A stretch of 64,000 nucleotides of DNA. Origin: Thermoanaerobaculia bacterium (lineage in GTDB: Bacteria > Acidobacteriota > Thermoanaerobaculia > Multivoradales > Multivoraceae). Shown here one piece after another: positions 9,680-18,513 of the stretch. Within the stretch, counting starts at the first letter, position 1, and each line of letters begins with the position of its first letter. The stretch spans positions 6,080,001 through 6,144,000 of the forward strand of contig OY761158.1 in assembly GCA_963664405.1 (NCBI GenBank), in the 5' to 3' direction. Position numbers and translations under genes: made by a program. Below the pieces are notes generated by a model that ran no database searches, was not told where the DNA came from, and saw nothing but the letters and a program-made list of their open reading frames with translations.

Positions 9680-9745
9680 CCCCTCGCTACCTGCCTCGGG
9701 CAGAGTCGCAACTTTGGTGTCGTGCACCCTATATCGCTACTTGAT

Positions 9746-9774
9746 TTGACTCTATTCACGGCTTGAGCTAAGTT
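9746..9774 (+). promoter_or_regulatory. Putative sigma70 promoter upstream of the riboswitch
   Basis: TTGACT-N17-TAAGTT, placing a start just before the aptamer. Confidence 0.4.
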
Positions 9775-9785
9775 ATGATGTCGCT

Positions 9786-9895
9786 AACCCCGAAAAGGGC
9801 ACAACCGTCGCATGACGGCGCCGCAAAGCCCCGGGTCTCACCGCCGCACTGGGCTCACCTCGCTGGGGTGTAGATCGCCGGGCTGCCGAAGGGTT
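9786..9895 (+). ncRNA. Cyclic di-GMP-I (GEMM) riboswitch aptamer, variant
   Basis: GAAAAGGGCACAACCGTC-GCAT-GACGGCGCCGCAAAGCCCCGGGTCT...AGATCGCCGGGCTGCCGAA matches the GEMM consensus order; P1 AACCC/GGGTT; located in the 5' UTR of the 9944 gene. Confidence 0.8.
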
Positions 9896-9943
9896 CGAGC
9901 TGAGCCATTCCAGGTCAGCTCTTAGCTTGGGAAGGAGCCTTTC

Positions 9944-11158
9944 ATGCGAACCCTCTTCATCCGTTGTGCCGTCGGCACATTCTCGTTGTCGTTGGTTGCC
10001 GCTGCCGAGGTCCTAGCTCAGGGCGGTCCACCACCTGTTCCGCCGGGAGGCGAAGCGCGGGGAGGAGGAGCGCCGATTCCGGAGGAGTTGGTTGTGGATG
10101 TCGAGTGCCCGGGCGACAGCATCAGCGACGCCCTGGCGCAGCCGGCGGTGACGTTGACGATCAATGTCGACGGCGAGTGCAATGAAAACGTCCAGATAGC
10201 ACGCGACAACGTCACTTTGCGCGGAGCCAACGGAGATCCAGCGGTTGACAAGATCGTGGGTATCGAGACCGAAGTCGTTGCTCCGCACTTCGGCATCGTC
10301 CTCCTGATCACAGGCGCCGCGAACGTCGTCGTCGAGGACCTGACGATCAGAAACGGCGCCCTTTGGGGGGTCGGTGTGACCGGCTTTGGAGTGTCCGAGG
10401 CGGTGCGGATCGAAAACTGTGTCATCAGCGACAACGCCTTCTGGGGACTGGTCGTTTTTCGTGGCCGTGGATCTGCGACCCAGATCGTCTTCAGCAACAA
10501 CGGCTCCGAAAGTTCCGGCCGCTTGCGGGGTGGAGCGGCGCGGGTCACCCGTTACTCGAGCTTTAACCTCAACAGCTGCACACTCGATGCGACCTTGCCG
10601 GACCCTTCGGCGACGAGCGTTACCGATCTCCTAACCGCCCTGAATGTGGATGCATACTCCACTGTGACAGTACGAAACCGCGATGGTGTGGCCGGGCTGC
10701 TGGAGGGCGCGACGAGCCTCAGTGCCAGCACTGGGTCGTCGGTGAGCCTGCGCGGAGAGAGGGTCGACGGGGTGGTGGTAAAGGCGCTGGATGTTGCGGG
10801 AAGGTTCTCGGTTCAGCGGAAGGCTCGTCTGGAGCTGCGCGACGTCACCCAGGGTGACCTCTTGACTTCGTCCAACAACGTCAGCTCCGACAGTATTCTG
10901 GATGCCTCCCGAGGGAGGACTACTCTGAGCCGGACGGTGATCGACAGTTTCTCCAATGCCAATCTGCGGGATGTGACTTTCGAGAGCCCGAACGGAGATC
11001 TCTTTGTCGATCGCTTTTCGCAGGCGATCATCAGCGGTGGCACAACTACGATTCATACCTTGAGTTGCTCGGCTGGCTCAGATGCCCTTTGCGAGTTTCC
11101 CAGTGCGACCGATCTGGGCGTAGGGACGATGACAGGCTGCAGTCTGTGCACGCAGTGA
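9944..11158 (+). CDS. Secreted right-handed parallel beta-helix (pectin-lyase-fold-like) protein
   Basis: Signal peptide, VDVECPGDSISDAL..GECNENVQIARDNVTLRG, repetitive beta-helix pattern; RBS AAGGAG. Confidence 0.7.
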   Translation: MRTLFIRCAVGTFSLSLVAAAEVLAQGGPPPVPPGGEARGGGAPIPEELVVDVECPGDSISDALAQPAVTLTINVDGECNENVQIARDNVTLRGANGDPAVDKIVGIETEVVAPHFGIVLLITGAANVVVEDLTIRNGALWGVGVTGFGVSEAVRIENCVISDNAFWGLVVFRGRGSATQIVFSNNGSESSGRLRGGAARVTRYSSFNLNSCTLDATLPDPSATSVTDLLTALNVDAYSTVTVRNRDGVAGLLEGATSLSASTGSSVSLRGERVDGVVVKALDVAGRFSVQRKARLELRDVTQGDLLTSSNNVSSDSILDASRGRTTLSRTVIDSFSNANLRDVTFESPNGDLFVDRFSQAIISGGTTTIHTLSCSAGSDALCEFPSATDLGVGTMTGCSLCTQ

Positions 11159-11236
11159 GCTCGACGGGTCGGAAGTGATCATCCTGCCCGGGGCCAACGA
11201 GCCCGTTTACGTCAACGGGAGAGGCGGACTAACATT

Positions 11237-12106
11237 ATGCGCATGGAGGTCTCGGACCGGGTAACCGAGATCAGTGAGCTCGACTTCGGTGCAAAGGTCG
11301 TCGAGCGCTCACGTGAGGTCCCCGTCCTCGTCGACTTCTGGGCCTCCTGGTGCGGTCCCTGCCGAGTGCTAGGTCCCGAGATCGAGCGCGTCGTCGACGA
11401 GCTCGATGGCGCCGTGGCGCTGGCCAAGGTCGATAGCGACGCGAATCCGCAGCTCTCCGCGCAATTCGCCATTCGCTCGATCCCCAATGTGATCCTGTTC
11501 AAAGACGGCCAGCCTGTCGACCGCTTTGTCGGCGCGCTGCCGCACGACGCCATCGTCGACTTTCTGCGTCCGCACGTGGAGACCGCCACCGATCGGTTGG
11601 TGGCCTCGGGCAACGCCTATCTGGAGGCTGAAGATGTGGTGGCCGCGGCGGTCAGCTTCGAGGAGGCCCTCGGTACCGGAGGAGAGGTTCCTGGCGCCGA
11701 GCTGGGGCTTGCCCGAATTGCTTTGACCGGCGGTGACTTCGAGGCCGTTGTGCGACACGCCGAGGCGATCAGTCCAGCCGCGGATGAGGCCGTCATGGCT
11801 CGATCGCTGATCGATGTAGTCGAGCTTGCGAGCTCGGCGGCTAGAAGCGGCGATTCATCCGCTCTCGAGGCCCGCCTTCGGGCCGATGAAAGCGACTTGG
11901 ACGCGCGCTTCGCCCTCGCTGGGCACGCACTGGCCGCCGGGCAGCATCGGCAGGCACTGGAGGGCTACCAAACGATCGCCGAGGCCGATCGGGGCTGGCG
12001 TGACGAGGCTGCACGGAAGGCGATGCTCGTCGTATTCGGTGTGATCGGCGCTCGCCATCCGATGGCCGACGAGTTTCGAGACCGGCTCCGAAGGGTCTAC
12101 TACTGA
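11237..12106 (+). CDS. cnoX: Thioredoxin-TPR chaperedoxin (CnoX/YbbN family)
   Basis: VLVDFWASWCGPC, IRSIPNV, C-terminal TPR_20-like DEAARKAML.VF. Confidence 0.88.
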   Translation: MRMEVSDRVTEISELDFGAKVVERSREVPVLVDFWASWCGPCRVLGPEIERVVDELDGAVALAKVDSDANPQLSAQFAIRSIPNVILFKDGQPVDRFVGALPHDAIVDFLRPHVETATDRLVASGNAYLEAEDVVAAAVSFEEALGTGGEVPGAELGLARIALTGGDFEAVVRHAEAISPAADEAVMARSLIDVVELASSAARSGDSSALEARLRADESDLDARFALAGHALAAGQHRQALEGYQTIAEADRGWRDEAARKAMLVVFGVIGARHPMADEFRDRLRRVYY

Positions 12107-12213
12107 GACCCCTCCGGTGTCGAGCTTCTGCGGCGCAGAGATTTCTTCTAGAACTCGCCCGCGGCTGCGGTAGTCTTGCCCGACTTGCCTGACTAGAGTG
12201 GAGGGTTTCGAAG

Positions 12214-13794
12214 ATGGGGTTGACTGAGTGGTCGTGGCTTTTTCTGTGCATCTACATCGTCGGGATGTTGGCTTTTGGGTGGATCGCGAGTCGGCGGATC
12301 AAGAACGCCGATGACTTCGCCACGGCTCGTAATAGTTACGGGCCCTACTTCTTGGCTTTCGCTTTCGCTGCCAGCACCGCCAGTGGCGCCACTTTCCTGG
12401 GTAGCCCAGGCCTCGGCTACCAGTACGGCACAGCCACGTTGTGGGGGAAATTCCTCTATCCGATCGGCGTCTACCTCGGGGTCTTGATCACGATCAAGCT
12501 GGTTTCTTCGTCGGGGCACAAATTCGGTAACCGTTCGATTCCCGAGTATCTCGGGGACCGCTATCAGAGCGACGGGGTACGACTGTTGGTTGCCGTCTTT
12601 TCCCTTGTGCTCTTCTTCTACATCGCCGGACAGCTGGTCTCGGGGCTGGTGATGTTCGAGACCATGCTTGGGCTGGAGCCGATGTGGGCTCTCGGCATCA
12701 CGACGTTCGTGTTGCTGATCTACGTCGTTATGGGCGGCGCCCATGCCGACATCCTCACCGACGGGGTTCAGGGCCTGATGATGTTGATCGTGGCGTTGAT
12801 CACGATCACGCTTTTCGTCTTCGGCGTCGGCATCGACGGCGGCATGTTTGCCGTCTTCAAGAACATCCGTGAGCAGGATGCCAGCCTGGGCGGGCTGCTC
12901 AACAAGACAACCCCTCTCTACCACTCGTGGTGGTCGATCGTGAGCGTACTGTTTGCCCACATACCCCTGGGGATGCTGCCCCATCTCGGCAACAAGGTGT
13001 GGGCGTTGAAGCACAGCGACGACCAGCGGAAGTTCGTCAAGCTGGCTTTTGCCGTCGGCCTGACCCTGGGTCTGATGGGAGTGGGTGGTCTGATCGGCCG
13101 GGCGATCCTCGGCCCTGTTCTCCTAGAGGCCGGGCGCAGTCCGAACGAGGCCTTGCCGCTGCTATTCATCGAGTTGTTCCCGACCTGGTTCGCCGCGTTG
13201 ATCGGCGTTGGCATCCTCGCCGCCATCATGTCGACGGCGGATGGGCTGGTGGTCTCCTCGTCGCAGATCATCGCCAACGACATCTATCGCCGCTCGCTCG
13301 TTCCCAAGTTCTTCTCCGAGCTGAGCGAGGAAAAGGTGGATCATCATGTGCTGCTGATCAGCCGTTGGAGCACCGTAATCGTGCTGCTCCTCTGCATGTT
13401 CATGGCCTGGTCGCTGATGAATATGAATATCGCTCTGTTGGTCTGGATCGGCACTGGCGGAATGATGGCAGCCTTTGCCGGACCGCTGGTGCTAGGGGGG
13501 CTGTGGCGGGGTGTGACCCTCCCCGGGGCCTACGCCGGACTGGTCTGCGGTATGGGAACCTTCATTTTCCTACACAGCGGCATTATCGAGCCGAGCTACT
13601 TCGGCCCTCTCTCGGGTATTGCCCAGTGGCTCAAGATCGAGGCGCCGAACCCCTACTCCTGTGCGGCGATTGGAGAGGCGATATCGATCGGTGCCACCTG
13701 GGCGGTCTCGAAGCTCACCCAGCCGCTGCCCCAGGAGCACGTCGAGCGCGTATTCGGATCGGTTGAGGAAGCTGGTCTAGGGCTCGAGGCGTAG
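12214..13794 (+). CDS. Sodium:solute symporter family transporter
   Basis: ~13 TM segments, ASGATFLGSPG, TDGVQG, LAAIMSTADG. Confidence 0.9.
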   Translation: MGLTEWSWLFLCIYIVGMLAFGWIASRRIKNADDFATARNSYGPYFLAFAFAASTASGATFLGSPGLGYQYGTATLWGKFLYPIGVYLGVLITIKLVSSSGHKFGNRSIPEYLGDRYQSDGVRLLVAVFSLVLFFYIAGQLVSGLVMFETMLGLEPMWALGITTFVLLIYVVMGGAHADILTDGVQGLMMLIVALITITLFVFGVGIDGGMFAVFKNIREQDASLGGLLNKTTPLYHSWWSIVSVLFAHIPLGMLPHLGNKVWALKHSDDQRKFVKLAFAVGLTLGLMGVGGLIGRAILGPVLLEAGRSPNEALPLLFIELFPTWFAALIGVGILAAIMSTADGLVVSSSQIIANDIYRRSLVPKFFSELSEEKVDHHVLLISRWSTVIVLLLCMFMAWSLMNMNIALLVWIGTGGMMAAFAGPLVLGGLWRGVTLPGAYAGLVCGMGTFIFLHSGIIEPSYFGPLSGIAQWLKIEAPNPYSCAAIGEAISIGATWAVSKLTQPLPQEHVERVFGSVEEAGLGLEA

Positions 13795-13836
13795 AAGATT
13801 TCCGCTTAGGCGTGCGGAGAGAGCTCGAGGAAGTCC

Positions 13837-15867
13837 ATGCCATGGAGGAACTGTTCAGCCGTTTTCAGGCTCGCCGCGATCGGCTGGGTGGCTCTGGCTG
13901 GCGGGGCAGTGGGTCAGGAGGCGGGCCGGGAGAGCGGCCGTCGTGACTGGCCCACTTTCGGTGCCGACGGTGCGGCCAGCCGCTACTCGCCTCTCGACCA
14001 GATCGACCGCGACAACTTCCAGCAGCTCGAGATCGCGTGGCGTTGGGAGTCGATCTCCGGTGCGGTGGCGGCGGCCAATCCCCGGGTTCGTCCGGGAGAG
14101 TTCAAAGTCATTCCGATCATCGTCGACGGCATCGTCTACGTTGCGACCGAGATCTCGCAGGTAGCGGCGATCGATGCCGGCACCGGTGAGACCGTTTGGT
14201 CCTACGACCCCGAGAGCTGGAAGGCGGGACGGCCCGCCAACATAGGTTGGCAGCACCGGGGCGTCGCGTATTGGAGTGACGGCGAGGAAGCACGCATCTT
14301 CATCGCCACGCAAGACCGCCGGCTGCTCGCTCTCGACGCGCGAACCGGAGAGCCCAGCTCGGAGTTCGGCGTTGGAGGAGAGGTGGATCTCTTCGCCGAT
14401 CGCGGTGCCGAACACTTCGGACGGCAGGTCAACATCCGTCACATCACTCATAGCTCGCCGCCTGCCGTAATCGGAAATACGGTCGTTGTCGGTTCGGTGG
14501 TTCACGACGGCGCCACCCATAAAGCCGCTCCCCCCGGATGGGTCCGTGCTTTCGATGCGCACAGTGGCCGCTTGAAGTGGATCTTCCACACCATCCCCCA
14601 GCACGGGGAGCTCGGCAACGAAACTTGGGAGGATGGCTCGTGGCGCTACAGCGGCGCCACCAATGTGTGGTCGATGATGGCGGTCGACGAGGAGCTGGGC
14701 TACATCTACCTTCCGGTCGCGACGCCGACCAACGATATGTACGGAGGCCACAGGCTCGGCGACAACCTTTACGCCGAATCGATAGTTTGTCTCGAAGCCG
14801 AGACCGGGAAGCGAGTGTGGCACTTCCAGGTGGTTCATCACGGACTCTGGGACTACGACCTTGCCAGCGCACCGATACTGGCCGACATTACCGTCGATGG
14901 CCAGGCTATCCGCGCTGTGGCGCAGGTCTCGAAGCAGGGGTTCACCTACGTTTTCGACCGCGTTACCGGCAAACCGGTGTGGCCGATCGAGGAACGGCCG
15001 GTACCGCCGTCGTCGGTTCCCGGCGAGCGGGCGTCCCCTACCCAGCCCTTTCCAACTCGACCCGCCCCCTTCGAGCGCCAGGGCACCCGTGAGGAGGCCC
15101 TCATCGACCTCACTCCTGAGCTTGCCAAAGAGGCCCGAGAGATCGCAGCCGGTTTTACCCTAGGTCCGCTCTATACCCCGCCGCGACGAGATGTGGACGG
15201 CAAACCGGTACTCATCCTCCCCAATCCGGGAGGCGGAGCCAACTGGCAGGGAGCGGCCCTGGATCCTGAGACCGGCATCCTCTACATTCCATCGTGGTCG
15301 GCCCCCACCGCTTTCTCAGTTGCCACGCCGGACCGAGCGCGTTCGGACTTCGATTACGTCATCAAGAGTTGGCTCACTCAGACCGCAGGTCCGCAAGGCC
15401 TGCCTTTGACGAAGCCGCCGTGGGGGCGAGTGACCGCCATCGACCTAAACACCGGTGAGCATGTTTGGATGACTCCCAATGGTCATGGCCCGGTCTCGCA
15501 CCCTGCGTTGGCAGGCCTCGACCTCGGGATGTTGGGTGGCGGTGGCGGCGGCCCCCTGCTCACCAAGACTCTTCTTTTCGTCAACCAGGTGCGGGGCCTG
15601 GGCGACGAGAACACTCCTCGCCTCAACGTTTTCGACAAGGCCGCCGGCGAGCTCCTTGGCCACGTACCGATGCCGGAGACTCCTAACGGCAACCCTGTGA
15701 CCTACCTCCACGAAGGCCGGCAGTACATCGTCGTCGCCGTCGGCGGCGGTCCTTTCGTGAGCCAAGATGAAGGCGATTGGAACGACGCAACCTCCGAGCA
15801 GGTTCGCCAGGTGATTCGCGCAACGCGCCCGACGACGCCGGAGCTCATTGCGCTGCGCCTGCCCTGA
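13837..15867 (+). CDS. PQQ-dependent quinoprotein dehydrogenase (glucose dehydrogenase-like), secreted
   Basis: RYSPLDQI, WHFQVVHHGLWDYD, KQGFTYVFDRVTGKPVWPIEERPVP, PPWGRVTAIDLNTGEHVW. Confidence 0.9.
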   Translation: MPWRNCSAVFRLAAIGWVALAGGAVGQEAGRESGRRDWPTFGADGAASRYSPLDQIDRDNFQQLEIAWRWESISGAVAAANPRVRPGEFKVIPIIVDGIVYVATEISQVAAIDAGTGETVWSYDPESWKAGRPANIGWQHRGVAYWSDGEEARIFIATQDRRLLALDARTGEPSSEFGVGGEVDLFADRGAEHFGRQVNIRHITHSSPPAVIGNTVVVGSVVHDGATHKAAPPGWVRAFDAHSGRLKWIFHTIPQHGELGNETWEDGSWRYSGATNVWSMMAVDEELGYIYLPVATPTNDMYGGHRLGDNLYAESIVCLEAETGKRVWHFQVVHHGLWDYDLASAPILADITVDGQAIRAVAQVSKQGFTYVFDRVTGKPVWPIEERPVPPSSVPGERASPTQPFPTRPAPFERQGTREEALIDLTPELAKEAREIAAGFTLGPLYTPPRRDVDGKPVLILPNPGGGANWQGAALDPETGILYIPSWSAPTAFSVATPDRARSDFDYVIKSWLTQTAGPQGLPLTKPPWGRVTAIDLNTGEHVWMTPNGHGPVSHPALAGLDLGMLGGGGGGPLLTKTLLFVNQVRGLGDENTPRLNVFDKAAGELLGHVPMPETPNGNPVTYLHEGRQYIVVAVGGGPFVSQDEGDWNDATSEQVRQVIRATRPTTPELIALRLP

Positions 15868-15962
15868 TCACTCGAAACGGCGCCTACTTGCTTCGCTATC
15901 GCCTCCACCACGACACGACTGTCGTGATCCGTGCCTGGCACAGCCGAGAGGCGCGGGAGTAA
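15865..15962 (+). pseudogene. RelE/ParE-family toxin, C-terminal remnant
   Basis: LITRNGAYLLRYRLHHDTTVVIRAWHSREARE resembles the Y.LRYR...V.ILRVWH.RE end of RelE/ParE toxins; no N-terminus. Confidence 0.55.
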
Positions 15963-15972
15963 GAGAACAGGA

Positions 15973-16163
15973 TGCGCCGTCCTCGGCGCCATGTTCACTA
16001 GCCGGAGGAAATGATAGCGGTCACTTCCGGAGGCAGGGAGCGTGTCCGAGTACTTGTCCTGAGCCGTTTCCCGGAGCGAGTAGGAAGCAACGCCCGAGTG
16101 CGCCGTCCTCGGCGCCATGTTCACTAGCCGGAGGAAATGATAGCGATCATTTCTGGAGGCTAG
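15973..16163. repeat. Composite repeat: two copies of a 47-bp direct repeat plus a CTAG-bounded hairpin; homologous to the 56.8-57.25 kb array
   Basis: TGCGCCGTCCTCGGCGCCATGTTCACTAGCCGGAGGAAATGATAGCG at 15973-16019 and 16099-16145; hairpin 16124-16163. Confidence 0.9.
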
Positions 16164-17599
16164 TAGGAGTGCAAGTCGACGTCGGCTAGCGACGTCAGCG
16201 CCGCGAAGTCCGGGTCGGCGTGAAAGTCGGCGAAAACGATGTCCTCACGCGCCTCTCGCATCTCTTTGGCCCGAACCGCATCGTAGCGCTCGTATTCGTA
16301 GAAGTGTCGGCGTAGAAGCTCGAAAGTCTTGGCGCGATCGCCGAGCTGGGCGTAGATCGCCGCCAGGTTGTAGGACGCCGCCAGCACGCCTTCGTGCCGC
16401 TTCGCGATCTCGATCGCCTCCGCGGGCCTACCGAGCTCTACCAGGTAGGTGGCAGCGAAGATCTGGTTGTAGACCTCCTCGGGCTCGAGCTCTAGCGCGT
16501 TTCTGACGTAGGCGTAGGCCTTCTCGTGATCGTCCTCTGTATTCCAGTACACCGCCAGGTTGCGATAGGTCAGAGACAGCGGATATTCCCGCAAAGAGGC
16601 CTCGAAGAGCTGGAGGCCGCGATCGAAGCCGCCACCGTGGATGGTCATCTTGCCGAGGCCGTGGAGGGCCACCGCTCGCGAAAGCCGATCGGCAGGCATT
16701 TCGAGGATTTGCTCGAAGATCCGCGCCGCCTCGACCCAATCGCCGGTGTGGTGCCGATGAAGCTCGCCTAGAAAGCGGAGGACGACAGGATCGCCAGGGT
16801 CTAGAGCGTTGGCTTTCTCATAGAGGTGCTGAGCCTCGGCCAGGTTCTCGCTTCGCTCCGCGGCCAAACCGCGTTCCATCAGCGAGACGATGAGGGTAGT
16901 GGTCTCTTCCCGGAGATCGGGGCTCGGTCCCTCCCAGATCTCTGCCAGCTGAGGGGCCGAACGGCCCATCTTCTTCAGCGCCTTCGCGGCCTTCTTTCCC
17001 ATCGAAGGGAAGAGGCAACTGTCCTCGGTGATCAGACCGTAGAGTCTGGCGGCGTTGTCTTCGTCGCCTTCCTTCTGGTGCAGCTTGGCGTTCTTGAGAA
17101 GCTCCTTGAGGGTGCGGTTGCGAGCGCTGAGCTCGTTCCCCACCAACTTCTCGACCTGCGAGACCCGGATTCTTCCTTTGGTAGCGCCAACCCGACCGAG
17201 CACGTCGCCGTCGCGAGTAACGATGACGGCAGTCGGCTCATCGCTCGGTGCCTCGAAACGTGAGCGCAGGTCGCTGTTGCTGTCGGGAACGAGGCCGACG
17301 CCTACGCACTGCCCCGACCAGTTGACCAGCTCGCGTGACTCGCGCATCGAAGATTTCTCGGCGTTCTCGGGCCCGGTCGGAAACCAGAACACAATGATGT
17401 CTCCGGGAGGCGCCGACTCGGTATCTGGAACGAACTCCCAGGGCACGAAATAGGTGGCTGCGCCACCTGATGCGATGCCCCCCATTCCTCCGCCACCTCC
17501 GCCACCGCAGGTGGCATGGACAGTAGGGGCGACCAACATCCAACCGATCAGGACTGCAACCACCGTCTGACGGGCTATCTCTGGGCTCCTTCGCCTCAT
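16160..17599 (-). CDS. Secreted TPR-repeat protein
   Basis: Signal peptide (VHA-TCGGGGGGG), multiple TPR helices, ASYNLAAIYAQLG; C-terminal D..FA..H.DPDF. Confidence 0.75.
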   Translation of the reverse strand: MRRRSPEIARQTVVAVLIGWMLVAPTVHATCGGGGGGGMGGIASGGAATYFVPWEFVPDTESAPPGDIIVFWFPTGPENAEKSSMRESRELVNWSGQCVGVGLVPDSNSDLRSRFEAPSDEPTAVIVTRDGDVLGRVGATKGRIRVSQVEKLVGNELSARNRTLKELLKNAKLHQKEGDEDNAARLYGLITEDSCLFPSMGKKAAKALKKMGRSAPQLAEIWEGPSPDLREETTTLIVSLMERGLAAERSENLAEAQHLYEKANALDPGDPVVLRFLGELHRHHTGDWVEAARIFEQILEMPADRLSRAVALHGLGKMTIHGGGFDRGLQLFEASLREYPLSLTYRNLAVYWNTEDDHEKAYAYVRNALELEPEEVYNQIFAATYLVELGRPAEAIEIAKRHEGVLAASYNLAAIYAQLGDRAKTFELLRRHFYEYERYDAVRAKEMREAREDIVFADFHADPDFAALTSLADVDLHSY

Positions 17600-17676
17600 G
17601 CTTCGCCTCCGCTGAATTTGTTCGAGAGTAATAGATGTTCAGTCTACGTCGTCTCGCGACGGTAGGTAAACCCAGG

Positions 17677-18027
17677 TCAGAGAAGACGGTGGGCTTCTTC
17701 CACCAGCTCGTCTACTTTGCTCCCCGACTCTTCGTCGATCACCCTGCGCAGGGCCGGGCTCACTCCCTCGATCGCGACGACCAGACGTCGGAGAGTGGCG
17801 CGCTGCTCTTTTGCGCGCGTCCCGTCGTCCGTCGGCGTCGTGAGATCGTCGGCGATGGAGCCGTCGGATCTTGATGCGACCATGGCGTCGGGGAGGCCAC
17901 GGACCCATACCAGGGTGCGACGCCCCGGCCCCCGACCCTCGGTGATGGGCTCGACTGCGATCACTTCGTCGGAGCGTGCGTACTTTCCGTAGCCCAGGCT
18001 GACAAGCTGGCCAGATTGTATTCGCAA
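17677..18027 (-). CDS. Hypothetical protein, weakly RemA/DUF370-like
   Basis: LVSLGYGKY..SDEVIAV...GRRTLV resembles the RemA-like pattern; TTG start with upstream GGAGAGG. Confidence 0.55.
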   Translation of the reverse strand: MRIQSGQLVSLGYGKYARSDEVIAVEPITEGRGPGRRTLVWVRGLPDAMVASRSDGSIADDLTTPTDDGTRAKEQRATLRRLVVAIEGVSPALRRVIDEESGSKVDELVEEAHRLL

Positions 18028-18114
18028 GGTCCCTCTCCCCGGATCCGACAGAGTCGGTCGGATTCCATCAGGCCGGCGCTAGCGTGAGCCGTCCGGACAC
18101 TATCGTAGCAAGCC

Positions 18115-18434
18115 TGACATCAGGTCGGCGTTCCCGGCCAGAGGCCTGGGGATATCGGCCACAAGGCGCTCAGTCGTCGTCTTCTCCCGCCGACCCGCCC
18201 CGGGGCTCGTGACGCGTGTCGTGCCATGAAGGCGTAGCGGCGGAACATCTGGGGTGGAGATCCGATTCGTACACATCCTCTTGAAGCTGGCGGATCACGT
18301 CGGGCGCCCCGAGGGCGGAGAGGGGCTGTATTCGGCCGATGAGTCGCTGGATGAAAACGGGTATCGTCGAGACCCGCGCCGACGGGTTCCTGATCCGCGA
18401 TCGCAGTGCTCTCGAAGCCCTCTCGCAGGGGTGA
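18115..18434 (+). pseudogene. Crp/Fnr-family transcriptional regulator remnant
   Basis: Fragments in shifting frames: LSRRL, VEIRFVHILLKLADHVGRPEGG, then CIRPMSRWMKTGIVETRADGFLIRDRSALEALSQG*. Confidence 0.6.
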
Positions 18435-18513
18435 GTTGCGCGCCGGCGCCTTTCGGCGCCGGGCGCTCATGTGATAGGACAGGCGAGTACCGCGAACATC
18501 AGGAGGTTTGCTC

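Larger units (their letters stand above)
4536..9729 (-). mobile_element. ISKra4-family insertion sequence (decayed, interrupted by IS21)
   Basis: Imperfect terminal IRs GGGCGTACGTCA (4536) and GGGTGCACGACA (reverse complement, ends 9729); contains a DUF6788-like ORF and a split transposase; no TSD visible. Confidence 0.7.

Noticed and set aside
9786-9895. c-AMP-GMP-sensing riboswitch variant
   Set aside because: The discriminator-equivalent position appears to be G, not A
12109-12206. CCCTCC...GGAGGG as a structured RNA or riboswitch before the symporter
   Set aside because: Only a 6-bp IR with no recognisable aptamer consensus
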